Of a stretch of 64,000 nt of DNA, positions 17,831 through 27,047 are shown in pieces. Each line of letters opens with the position of its first letter. Position 1 is the first letter of the stretch. Location: contig JBJHBA010000013.1 in NCBI GenBank assembly GCA_050485245.1, forward strand, positions 56,992 to 120,991, written 5' to 3'. This DNA is from Verrucomicrobiota bacterium. GTDB lineage: Bacteria > Verrucomicrobiota > Verrucomicrobiia > Opitutales > Oceanipulchritudinaceae. The translations under genes were made by a program, and so were the position numbers. The notes beneath the pieces were generated by a model. That model worked only from the letters and a program-made list of their open reading frames with translations. It did not search any database and was not told the origin of the DNA.

Positions 17831-19831
17831 TCAACGCACTGTATGGAGGAAATGAAGGTGGCGCTCGTATTGGTCGATGACATCATGGATGACATCCGAT
17901 TTGGACCAGCCCATGATATCGTAGTCCTGACCGCCTTCCTTGAAGTGAACCTCGGCTCGGTAGAACTTGAGGTTTTCCATTCGCTTGCGGCGGGTATCAC
18001 TGAGGGCAAAGGACGGTGGTTCATAGCGCCGGGGACGAACCTGATAGTAGAAATCGGTCTCATCTCCGTGCAACACCTCGACCCAGAGCTTTCCTTTATC
18101 GCCCGTTTCCACGCGGGCCTCGATGTTCTGCTTCTTGAGTTCTTCACAGACCTCATCGAATGCCGGACGGGCGACTTCAGCAATGAACCGTTCTACTTCC
18201 TCACGGGAAGGATGGTGAATCATGGCCTTGAGCCGCTGCTTCCAGGTTTTTTCCAGTTGACCAGTCCCCGGATGAACCCGGGCATCGCGCAAGGTGGTAC
18301 GCTTGACGGTTTCAATGTGCAAGGCCCGCCCCAACCCCCAGCACATGAATATCATGATGACGGTGAACGGCAGGGCACTGGCGATACTGGCGGTTTGCAA
18401 AGCGCCAAGACCACCCGCAATGAGGAGAACCGCGGCAACCACACCCTCGGTTACGGCCCAGAAGATCCGCTGCCAGAGTGGCGATTCTTCCTGTCCTCCC
18501 GACGTCAGCATATCGACGACGAGTGAGCCGGAGTCGGAAGAGGTCACAAAAAAGGTCACCACCAGCAGGGTGGCCAGAAGAGACATCAACCCGGAAAAGG
18601 GCAGGTGCTCAAAGAACTGGAAGATGGCCACGGACGAGTCGGCGGCCACGGCCTCGGTCAGCCCTTCGATCCCCTGAATCATCACCATGTGAATGGCGGT
18701 ATCGCCAAAGAAGGTCATCCACATGAAGGTGAAGCCGACGGGGACAAAGAGCACGCCGCCGACAAATTGCCGCACGGTGCGGCCCCGGGAAACACGGGCA
18801 ATAAACATCCCGACAAAGGGCGACCAGGCAATCCACCAGCCCCAGTAGAACAAGGTCCAGCCCCCGATCCAACCGGTGGGTTCATAGGCGTAGAGGTTGA
18901 AGGTCGCCGCCATCAGCCCGGAGATGTAATTTCCGGTATTCTGGACCAGCGTCTGAAGGAGGAAAATCGTCGGTCCGAAGACCAGGACAAAGACCAGCAG
19001 GATGATGGCGAGAATGATGTTCAACTCAGATATCCGGCGGATGCCGGTATCCAGACCCAGACCGACCGAAAGGGTGGCAATCGCAGTGATCACCGCAATC
19101 AGAATGACCTGCACGGTGATGGTCGAAGGCACATCAAAGAGATAATTCAGCCCCGAATTGACCTGGATTACCCCAAAGCCAAGCGAAGTGGCGACGCCGA
19201 AGATGGTTCCGAGGACGGCAAAGGTATCGACGGTGTGACCAATCGGTCCGTAGATGCGCTCCCCAATCAAGGGATAGAAAGCGGAGCGAATGGTCAGAGG
19301 CAGGTTGTGCCGGAAGGCAAAGTAAGCCAACGACAAGGCGACGATGGCGTAGATTGCCCAGGCATGCACTCCCCAGTGAAAGAAGGTAATCCGCATGGCC
19401 TCACGGGCTGCCTCCACTGTGGCTCCTTCCCCGACCGGAGGGCTGACGTAGTGCATGATCGGCTCAGCCACCCCAAAGAACATCAGGCCGATGCCCATGC
19501 CGGCGGAAAAGAGCATGGCGAACCAGGAGGCGTAACTGTAATCGGGCTCGCTGTGATCCGGGCCCAGTTTGATTTTTCCAAACTCGGAAACCGCCATGAA
19601 GATGACGAAAACGAGAAAGCCGGCAACCGAGAGGACATAAAACCAGCCAGCCGAATCCACGATCCAGCCTTGAACCGCATTGAAAACGCTCTCTGCAGTG
19701 GTCTGGAAAAAGATGGTGAAAAGGACAAAGGCCAGGGCGAGAATGGCAGAGGAGAAAAATACCGGTGGGTTGATCACAATCCAGGGCTTTTTCACCGCGG
19801 ACTGAGGTGTTTCGGGATCAGGTGTTTGCAT
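17831..19831 (-). CDS. BCCT family (betaine/carnitine/choline) transporter with long cytoplasmic C-terminal domain (BetT-like)
   Basis: 12 TM segments. The BCCT signature is GWTLFYWGWWIAWSPFVGMFIARVSRGRTVRQF. A hydrophilic tail of about 150 aa follows. Confidence 0.9.
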   Translation of the reverse strand: MQTPDPETPQSAVKKPWIVINPPVFFSSAILALAFVLFTIFFQTTAESVFNAVQGWIVDSAGWFYVLSVAGFLVFVIFMAVSEFGKIKLGPDHSEPDYSYASWFAMLFSAGMGIGLMFFGVAEPIMHYVSPPVGEGATVEAAREAMRITFFHWGVHAWAIYAIVALSLAYFAFRHNLPLTIRSAFYPLIGERIYGPIGHTVDTFAVLGTIFGVATSLGFGVIQVNSGLNYLFDVPSTITVQVILIAVITAIATLSVGLGLDTGIRRISELNIILAIILLVFVLVFGPTIFLLQTLVQNTGNYISGLMAATFNLYAYEPTGWIGGWTLFYWGWWIAWSPFVGMFIARVSRGRTVRQFVGGVLFVPVGFTFMWMTFFGDTAIHMVMIQGIEGLTEAVAADSSVAIFQFFEHLPFSGLMSLLATLLVVTFFVTSSDSGSLVVDMLTSGGQEESPLWQRIFWAVTEGVVAAVLLIAGGLGALQTASIASALPFTVIMIFMCWGLGRALHIETVKRTTLRDARVHPGTGQLEKTWKQRLKAMIHHPSREEVERFIAEVARPAFDEVCEELKKQNIEARVETGDKGKLWVEVLHGDETDFYYQVRPRRYEPPSFALSDTRRKRMENLKFYRAEVHFKEGGQDYDIMGWSKSDVIHDVIDQYERHLHFLHTVR

Positions 19832-19878
19832 AGGAAAAAGAGGTTAGGATCTAGAATATTGAGAAGAGAGGGTACGGT

Positions 19879-21225
19879 TCAGTAGTAGTAGCCGAAGTTG
19901 ATATTGAGGCGGGACTGCCAAGTGCGGCCGACATTGTCCGCCCACATTCCGGGGCGAAAATCGCCCACGAACTCATTTCCATTGGAATAAGCCCAGTCGG
20001 CATAGATATACCAGCCCCCGCGGGCGAAAGCCGCCCCGAGGATGTTCATTGCGCTGTCATTGAAGCCAGTGGCGTGTTTGCGGATCACGCTGTAGTCGTT
20101 GTAGAAGGTGATGGAATCAAGCCAGTCCACCGGCGTGACCCAGGTATAGCTGAGAGCGGCGGAGAGAATCGTGCCCTTGGATGCAATATCGGTGGTGTAG
20201 TCATAGAAGCCCCCGGTGATGTGATCCTCCGCGCTGTCATAATCGTAGCGGGTGGCCTGCAGCATCAAGGTCCAGGGGCCTTGGGTGGATCGGGAATGGA
20301 TCGAGACTGCCCAGGGGTTGGCGTTGGAGAAGGTTCCGCGTCCGTCGAGGCGGCCATACTGGAGTGAGATGCCTAGATCCGTTGGGAGGGCCAGCTCCTC
20401 AAGATGGCGGACCAGCCGGAGATTGGCTTGTCCCCGCTCGCGGTAGCCGGTCGGCGTGCGGTTGCCGAAGTAGGTTGGGTCATTGCGCGCATCGACCAGA
20501 TCAAAGGAATAGCGGGAGCCCACCTTACTGGAACCCCTGCCCTGCGGCGGAGAGGCTGCAAACAGCCCGAAGTCAAGGGTCCAGCCCTCCAGCTCACGGG
20601 TATAGACCAGACCGACATCCATGTCATCGGCCAGCCCGACATAATAGTGCTGGTCAAAGAACCAACTGTTAGCCGGGCCATAGGGACCGACTCCAAACGG
20701 CACTCGCGTCAGCCCGCCTTTCAGCGTGGATGCCTCATCCAGCTCGTAGGCCAGTTCGAGGGTATGGAAAAAATTATAGCCTGAATACCAGCGGTATTCT
20801 GCCGAACCACTCAAAGGCGTGTCATCGGCGTAGTCCACGTTGACCCGAAAGGTATCGAGGACAAAATCGCCACCGTGCCCACCTCGCGAAGGACCGCTCG
20901 ATCCAGTGTTGTAATCACCCAGTATCCAGTTGGCCCGGATGGCACCGCCAATGCGGAAATTGCCGATCCGAATTCCGTCGGCAGGTGCATCGGGGTCGCC
21001 TTCAACCGCAGGTTCGGCCAGAGTGGAGCCTTCGGCTTCAAGCGTGCGTTCCTGGTGGGAGACACTACCTTCAATCGTGGCGAGTTCGGCCCGGGCGGCG
21101 TGGAGTTCCGCTTCCAACCGGGCAATGCGTTCCCGTAGTTGCTGGGAATCCTGCTGGGCGTGCAGGGCAAAGGGAAGCAGCAACCCGAGAAGGAGGCACT
21201 TTCGTGAGAATATGCGATGATACAT
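19879..21225 (-). CDS. Putative outer-membrane porin with N-terminal coiled coil
   Basis: Signal peptide CLLLGLLLPFALHAQ. A heptad segment QQLRERIARLEAELHAARAELATIEG follows. The body has alternating beta-strand-like, Tyr/Gly/Asp-rich sequence and ends ...NINFGYYY (aromatic C-terminus). Confidence 0.65.
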   Translation of the reverse strand: MYHRIFSRKCLLLGLLLPFALHAQQDSQQLRERIARLEAELHAARAELATIEGSVSHQERTLEAEGSTLAEPAVEGDPDAPADGIRIGNFRIGGAIRANWILGDYNTGSSGPSRGGHGGDFVLDTFRVNVDYADDTPLSGSAEYRWYSGYNFFHTLELAYELDEASTLKGGLTRVPFGVGPYGPANSWFFDQHYYVGLADDMDVGLVYTRELEGWTLDFGLFAASPPQGRGSSKVGSRYSFDLVDARNDPTYFGNRTPTGYRERGQANLRLVRHLEELALPTDLGISLQYGRLDGRGTFSNANPWAVSIHSRSTQGPWTLMLQATRYDYDSAEDHITGGFYDYTTDIASKGTILSAALSYTWVTPVDWLDSITFYNDYSVIRKHATGFNDSAMNILGAAFARGGWYIYADWAYSNGNEFVGDFRPGMWADNVGRTWQSRLNINFGYYY

Positions 21226-21259
21226 GGACTGTAGGGTTTGGCCGCAACACGCGGCGGGG

Positions 21260-21898
21260 TTATTCGGCTACCTGCACAAATGGCAGTTCTCCGATGCCGT
21301 TGACGATGAACTGCACGGCAATGACCGCGAAGAGCAGTCCCATCAACCGGCGCAAAACGCGCAGGGCAATCGGGTTGAGCCAGGCTGCTCCGCTGACGGA
21401 GAGCCGAAGGATGAGATAACAGGAAAGATAAACCACCGGCACACTCAGCAAAAGGGCCATGGTATGGGCATAGGTCACGGCCTGGGTCTGGAGAATGACA
21501 ATGGTGGAGATGGCACCGGGACCACAGAGCAGGGGAATGGCCAGCGGCGTGATGGCAATGTCTTCCTTCTCCTTGGCGATTTCTTTTTCCTCCGGACTCA
21601 GACGAATCGGAGAATCCGGGGAGCGTAGCATATCGAAGGCGATGGAAAAGAGAATGATTCCACCCGCGATTTGAAATGCCGGCAGGGTGATGCCCAGGAT
21701 CGAAAAGAGGAACTGGCCAGCGATGGCAAAAAAGAAAACGACACCACCCGCCACCAGACAACCGAAACGTGCCGCCCGAATCCGCTCCTCTTTGGTATCC
21801 CCCGGGGTGATCGCTAAAAAAGCGGGTACCGTGGAAAAGGGATTGATGATCGCAAAGAGCGAGATCGGTGCCAGCAGGATAAATTCAAAGAGACGCAT
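21260..21898 (-). CDS. MarC family (UPF0056) integral membrane protein
   Basis: Motifs are FAIINPFSTVPAFLAIT and GITLPAFQIAGGIILFSIAFDML. Six TM segments. Confidence 0.85.
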   Translation of the reverse strand: MRLFEFILLAPISLFAIINPFSTVPAFLAITPGDTKEERIRAARFGCLVAGGVVFFFAIAGQFLFSILGITLPAFQIAGGIILFSIAFDMLRSPDSPIRLSPEEKEIAKEKEDIAITPLAIPLLCGPGAISTIVILQTQAVTYAHTMALLLSVPVVYLSCYLILRLSVSGAAWLNPIALRVLRRLMGLLFAVIAVQFIVNGIGELPFVQVAE

Positions 21899-22018
21899 GT
21901 GCCTTGAACACAGCTATCAGAGCGGAAAAGTGAGTCAAGGGCAGGTTGCCCATTCACTGCCAAGGAAAGCCATTCCTTGTCACTTGCACTCAGAACGGAG
22001 CGGTGCGAACGTGTGGGC

Positions 22019-22918
22019 ATGAAAGCAGCCTGGACGCTTTACAATCGCTACACCGGCAAACTGGAACCCGAGCAAATCTATGGGGAAGCCTGGCTGCGGC
22101 GGGCGTATGAAACGCCAGTCGGGCGCTTCCTGACCTGGGCAGTGGCCAAACGGACTTTTTTCTCCCGCTGGTACGGCCAGCGCATGCAGCGTCCTTCGAC
22201 CATTCCTTTGATCGAGCCATTTATCGATGCCTATGGGATCGATCGGGATACCTTTGCCGATCCCGTTACCTCGTTCGCCTGCTTCAACGATTTTTTTATT
22301 CGCCGTCTCAAGCCAGAAGCGCGGCCGGTGGACCCCGATCCCTCGGCGATTGTCTTTCCAGCGGACGGGCGCCACCTTCTTCTGCCCCGTCTGGATGCGC
22401 ATACCCGGCTTTGGGCCAAGGGCGAAGGCTTTGAGCTGGAAGAATTTGTGGGATCAGAGGGACTGGCCCGCACCTTCAGGAACGGTGCGGCAGTGGTCTC
22501 ACGCCTGGCTCCAGTGGACTATCACCGCTTTCACTTTCCGATCAGTGGGCGGGCCAGTGCGGCCCGGTTGATCAACGGGCCGCTCTATTCGGTGCACCCC
22601 ATCGCTCTGGCGCGATCCACCCGTTACCTCACCGCCAACAAACGGACGGTGACCCTGATCGAAAACGAGGGCCAGCCGCCAGTCGCCATGGTGGAAATCG
22701 GGGCGACCAACGTTGGCAGCATCGATCAGACCTACACCCCGGGTCCGGTGGTCAAAGGGGAGGAAAAGGGGTATTTCGCCTTTGGCGGGTCATGTGTGGT
22801 GACGATTTTTGCCGAAGGCAGCGCCTCATTCGCCGGGGATCTGGCTGAACATTCGGGCCAAGGCCGCGAAATATACGCCCACGTCGGCGACCGGATGGGG
22901 CAGTTTGCCCAAGCTTAG
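22019..22918 (+). CDS. psd: Phosphatidylserine decarboxylase proenzyme
   Basis: PSD-like core with the self-cleavage-type motif FAFGGSCVV near the C-terminus. Start set at MKAAWTLYNRY (22019). Confidence 0.8.
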   Translation: MKAAWTLYNRYTGKLEPEQIYGEAWLRRAYETPVGRFLTWAVAKRTFFSRWYGQRMQRPSTIPLIEPFIDAYGIDRDTFADPVTSFACFNDFFIRRLKPEARPVDPDPSAIVFPADGRHLLLPRLDAHTRLWAKGEGFELEEFVGSEGLARTFRNGAAVVSRLAPVDYHRFHFPISGRASAARLINGPLYSVHPIALARSTRYLTANKRTVTLIENEGQPPVAMVEIGATNVGSIDQTYTPGPVVKGEEKGYFAFGGSCVVTIFAEGSASFAGDLAEHSGQGREIYAHVGDRMGQFAQA

Positions 22919-23035
22919 AGTGGTCATTTGTGGCTTGGAACCTGCACGATGATGCCTAGTTTCAATGCCCGTCACTCGCATGATTGAACAGGCTGTCATA
23001 TATTACCCATTGCAGCGAGCCGCCTCACCTTCCCC

Positions 23036-25003
23036 ATGAAAGCCATTAGTATCGCCCTCCGCATTGCGGATTTTCTCAAGCAATACCCCCCCTTCAATGT
23101 CATGAAAGAGGAGGATCTGGTGAAGCTGGCGGCAGAGGGCAGGGTGAAATTTCATGAAGCCGGGGAGATCATTTTTTCGCAGGGACAACCGCGCGGCCAG
23201 TATGTTTATGTCATCAATGACGGACGGGTGCGGATTGTGGAGGAAACCCCAAAGGGAGAAAGCCTGATCGACCTGCGCGGGATCGGTGACTTGCTTGGCC
23301 TGCAGGGGGTGCTCAGCGATGGACCTTATGTCAACACCGGGATCACCGAAACCGACGTCCTCCTCTATGCCTTGCCCCGGGAACAGGTGGCCAAATTGGC
23401 GGAAGACTCACCCGCCGCCCAACGCTATCTGGCCGCATACTTTTCACTCAATCCGGCTTACGGAAGAAAAAGCCATCCACCCATGCCGGGCATGCGGACC
23501 ACCGATGAAGTGATTACACCGACCACCTTGCACAAAGGGGGCTTGGTCGAAGTGGAGGCTCCCCAGCGGATTGCCAGAGAAACCCTCCATACTGCCCGTT
23601 CGGACGAACTTGCCAGGGAGGCGGCCATGCGCCTTCGCTCCAAGCGAATCGACTGTATTGTGGTGGTGGATGAAGCCGGGCGCCCTTTGGGAAAACTGAC
23701 GGATGGTGATTTGCGGGACCGGTTTATTGAAGGCCGCTTACGTGATGGTTCCACCATCGGGGATCTGATGTTCCGGGACATCGCTTTTGGCAAGCCAACC
23801 GACAGCACCGGTAAGCTGATGGTGCGCCTGACCCGGGCAGGAAAGCGATTTCTCATCATCACTGAGGATGGGACCGCGGACACACCAGCGGTGGGCATCG
23901 TTTCCGAGCGGAACCTCTTTCTGCACTACGGCCGTTTCCCCACGCTCCTCGGCGAGGCCATGTCGGAAGCTCCGGATTTTGTGGCCCTTCGGTCGATGCG
24001 GGATCGGGTGGAAGCCCTCATCCTGGAATTTCTTGAAGACCGTTCGGAAGTGGCCTGGCTGATGGAGATGAGCGGGGTGCTCAATCGCCGCCTGACCCAA
24101 CGGGTGTTGGAACTGGTCGAAGCCGATATGGCGGGAATCGGCTATCTGAAACCAAAGGTCAAATTCTCCTGGCTGATGATGGGCAGTGGGGGACGGGATG
24201 AATTGCTGATTCGCTCGGCGGTCTATCATGCCCTGATATATGAAAATCCGAAACCGGAGGAGGCCGACGCCTCACGCACTTATTTCCGGGAACTGGGACG
24301 GCGTGCTTCCGATGGCCTCCGGCAGTGCGGGTTTCTGGAAAGCGAACAAGGTGTTCTCGCCCGCAACTCCCAGTGGTGTCTGCCCTTTTCCGAAATGTGT
24401 GCCCACTACAGCGCGATGATCGCCCGTCCGCATGAAGAGAATGTCTATGATGCCCGGGACGCCTTTGACTTTCGTCCGGTCGAACACCGATCCAAGCTGG
24501 CAATGGATTTGCGTGCGCACATTACCCGGGAAATCGCCGCGCATCCCGACTTCATCCCGCAAATGGCTGCGGACTCCCTCCTCAACCAGCCTCCACGGAC
24601 CATTTTCAAGGATCAGGTGGTGGATGAGTACGGGACCCAGAACGATACCCTGGAAATCAAGTCCCACGCCTTGCTGCCTCTGGTCGATACCGCCCGGGTC
24701 TTTAATTTGGCGGCTGGTGACATGATGCGGACCGGAACCCACCGCCGCCTGCGGGCGGAGGCACGTCGAATCGAATTGGACGATCCAGCCGGAGCGGCCA
24801 TGCTCAATGAAGCGGCGGAAGCCTTTATTGTCGCCGCCTACGCCCGAACCAAGGAAGGGCTCTTGCGGGGGACTGACGGAGCGGTCATCCACCCTTCCGA
24901 CCTGGACGCGGAAACCCGCACCCTGCTGAAAACCGCCTTTCGCACCATCCTCGGCACGCTCGAATTGCTGGCCAATCGCTTCAACCTGGAATTGCGTGGA
25001 TGA
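23036..25003 (+). CDS. Cyclic-nucleotide-binding / CBS-pair / DUF294 nucleotidyltransferase-like / DUF294_C protein
   Basis: N-terminal cNMP-binding-like segment is FHEAGEIIFSQGQPRGQYVYVINDGRVRIVEE. Two CBS-like segments are present (RIDCIVVVDEAGRPLGKLTDGDL and FLIITEDGTADTPAVGIVSERNL). A GSGGRDELL segment of DUF294 type and a helical C-terminal domain follow. Confidence 0.75.
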   Translation: MKAISIALRIADFLKQYPPFNVMKEEDLVKLAAEGRVKFHEAGEIIFSQGQPRGQYVYVINDGRVRIVEETPKGESLIDLRGIGDLLGLQGVLSDGPYVNTGITETDVLLYALPREQVAKLAEDSPAAQRYLAAYFSLNPAYGRKSHPPMPGMRTTDEVITPTTLHKGGLVEVEAPQRIARETLHTARSDELAREAAMRLRSKRIDCIVVVDEAGRPLGKLTDGDLRDRFIEGRLRDGSTIGDLMFRDIAFGKPTDSTGKLMVRLTRAGKRFLIITEDGTADTPAVGIVSERNLFLHYGRFPTLLGEAMSEAPDFVALRSMRDRVEALILEFLEDRSEVAWLMEMSGVLNRRLTQRVLELVEADMAGIGYLKPKVKFSWLMMGSGGRDELLIRSAVYHALIYENPKPEEADASRTYFRELGRRASDGLRQCGFLESEQGVLARNSQWCLPFSEMCAHYSAMIARPHEENVYDARDAFDFRPVEHRSKLAMDLRAHITREIAAHPDFIPQMAADSLLNQPPRTIFKDQVVDEYGTQNDTLEIKSHALLPLVDTARVFNLAAGDMMRTGTHRRLRAEARRIELDDPAGAAMLNEAAEAFIVAAYARTKEGLLRGTDGAVIHPSDLDAETRTLLKTAFRTILGTLELLANRFNLELRG

Positions 25004-25665
25004 ACCGGACGGTTGCCCAGACCTTCGAGCGCTATTTCCAGCCGACCTGGGACCAGTACCTTGGCTGGGAAAATGCCCGCTTCGTGGTGCTGGACTGCGA
25101 ATCAACGGGCTTCGATCCTAAGCGGGACCGAATTGTTTCAATCGGAGCGGTGGCCCTCCAGCATTACGAAATGCTTTTGGACGATGCCTTTGAGGTGTTC
25201 CTTCCCATTGCCTACAACACCTCGGCCGTCACCGTGCATGGCATCACCCGCGAAGCGGCCGAGGCCAAAGGGGTGGATGAGCCAGTGGCAATGGAGCGTT
25301 TTCTTCACTTTCTGCGCGATGCCGTCATCGTCGGGCACCACGTCGGGCATGACATCCAAATGCTGGAAGAGGCGGCCTATCGCCATTTCGGAATCAAGAG
25401 CCTCCCAAATCTTTCGGTGGATACCATGCATCTGACACTGCGACTGCAAGATGCCGGGGTGCTCCCGGTAGCAGAGTGCCCCGATTTCAGTCTGGATGGC
25501 CTTTGCCAGCGTTTCGGGATCCCTCCCCATGACCGGCATACCGCCATGGGTGATGCTTTTTTAACCGCCCGGATTTTTCAGATCTTGCTGCGAAAGGCCA
25601 AAAAAGCAGGTTTTCTTCAACTCGGGCACCTCACCGAGCGCCATCAGGCTACAGAAGAGGGCTGA
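25000..25665 (+). CDS. DEDDh 3'-5' exonuclease (DnaQ/epsilon-like)
   Basis: ExoI is VVLDCESTG, ExoII is VGHHVGHDIQML and ExoIII is HTAMGDAFLTARIF. Its start overlaps the upstream stop (ATGA). Confidence 0.8.
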   Translation: MNRTVAQTFERYFQPTWDQYLGWENARFVVLDCESTGFDPKRDRIVSIGAVALQHYEMLLDDAFEVFLPIAYNTSAVTVHGITREAAEAKGVDEPVAMERFLHFLRDAVIVGHHVGHDIQMLEEAAYRHFGIKSLPNLSVDTMHLTLRLQDAGVLPVAECPDFSLDGLCQRFGIPPHDRHTAMGDAFLTARIFQILLRKAKKAGFLQLGHLTERHQATEEG

Positions 25666-25810
25666 GTCAGATCCTGCCGAACCGCTTATCACGGATTTGA
25701 GGACATTTCCGCAGCCCGTTTGGGCCAATTCCGAAGAGTTGGCTTGCCTCTGAAGCGACTTCACGCTCCCTTATTTTATTTTGGGTAACCTTTAGCCGTC
25801 AGTGTTCACC

Positions 25811-26350
25811 ATGAGTCAACCGACCGACTACAACTACGACAGCAAGATCGAAGGCGATGTCATCGTATCCAAGGCGGATGCCGTCATCAACTGGGTGCGC
25901 AGTCACTCGGTCTGGCCCATGCCGATGGGGCTGGCCTGCTGTGCGATTGAGTTGATGGGCACAGGAGGCTCCCGCTTTGATATTTCGCGCTTCGGGATGG
26001 AAGTGATGCGCTTTTCACCCCGGCAGAGCGACTGTATGATCGTCGCCGGAACCGTCACCTATAAGATGGCTGAAGTTGTCCGCCGGATCTACGATCAGAT
26101 GGCTGAGCCAAAATGGGTTGTGGCGATGGGGGCCTGCGCTTCCACCGGGGGTATGTATCGAAGCTATGCGGTGCTGCAAGGAGTGGACAGAATCGTCCCG
26201 GTCGATGTCTATATCTCCGGTTGTCCGCCCCGCCCGGAAGCCCTTCTCGACGGCATGATGAAGCTTCAGGAGAAAATCCGGCAGGAACGCTCCACCGGTG
26301 GCTTGTTCCGCCAGCGGGAAACCAAGCCGCTGTCCTATCAAAATGTCTGA
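25811..26350 (+). CDS. nuoB: NADH-quinone oxidoreductase subunit B
   Basis: Motifs are [20 protein letters not shown] and [10 protein letters not shown] (N2 cluster ligands). Confidence 0.95.
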   Translation: MSQPTDYNYDSKIEGDVIVSKADAVINWVRSHSVWPMPMGLACCAIELMGTGGSRFDISRFGMEVMRFSPRQSDCMIVAGTVTYKMAEVVRRIYDQMAEPKWVVAMGACASTGGMYRSYAVLQGVDRIVPVDVYISGCPPRPEALLDGMMKLQEKIRQERSTGGLFRQRETKPLSYQNV

Positions 26351-26382
26351 ATGACCGCACGCCCGGAAGAATTTTCCACGAG

Positions 26383-27018
26383 ATGACCGAACTCCTCACC
26401 CGATACGATTTCATCCAGCTCCGCGAGACCCTGGATCATCCTGCCTACAACTGCCCGCGTGATCGGGTGGTGGAGTTGCTTCAGGCTCTGCGGGATGAGC
26501 ATGGCTACGACCTGCTTTCAGATGTTACGGCCATCGATCATTACGAGGCCTCTCCACGTTTTGAAGTGGTCTATCACCTTTATTCGACCGGGCGCCATCA
26601 GTGGGTCCGGATCGTTACTCCCTGCGATGGTGATGAAGAGCCGACTTGTCCCAGCATCGTTTCCCTCTGGCCCGCTGCCAACTGGCACGAGCGGGAAACC
26701 TACGATATGCTGGGGATTCACTTTGAAGGCCACCCGGACCTGCGCCGTATCCTCATGTGGGATGGATATCCCTACTACCCCCTGCGAAAGGAATTTCCCC
26801 TGGCCGGTATCGAAACAGAGCTTCCCTCTGCGGAAATAGCCGAACGCACCCGCGCCAAGGTGGAACCTGCACCCATGATGGGGGGGCCCTTTCATTCGCC
26901 TCAGCACGGGACCATGCGTCACCGCGAGCCCAGGGCGGATGACGAGTCCTGGACCGAAACCCAGCCCAAGCAGCCTGAAGAAGCGGCGGCTCCCCAACCT
27001 AGAGATTTCAACACCTAA
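26383..27018 (+). CDS. nuoC: NADH-quinone oxidoreductase subunit C
   Basis: Motifs are YDLLSDVTAIDH, WPAANWHERETYDMLGIHFEGHPDLRRIL. Start at MTELLTRY (26383). A Pro/Glu-rich tail of about 40 aa follows. Confidence 0.9.
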   Translation: MTELLTRYDFIQLRETLDHPAYNCPRDRVVELLQALRDEHGYDLLSDVTAIDHYEASPRFEVVYHLYSTGRHQWVRIVTPCDGDEEPTCPSIVSLWPAANWHERETYDMLGIHFEGHPDLRRILMWDGYPYYPLRKEFPLAGIETELPSAEIAERTRAKVEPAPMMGGPFHSPQHGTMRHREPRADDESWTETQPKQPEEAAAPQPRDFNT

Positions 27019-27047
27019 GCCCTGCGGGGCTCACCTCAGTCTTTCCC

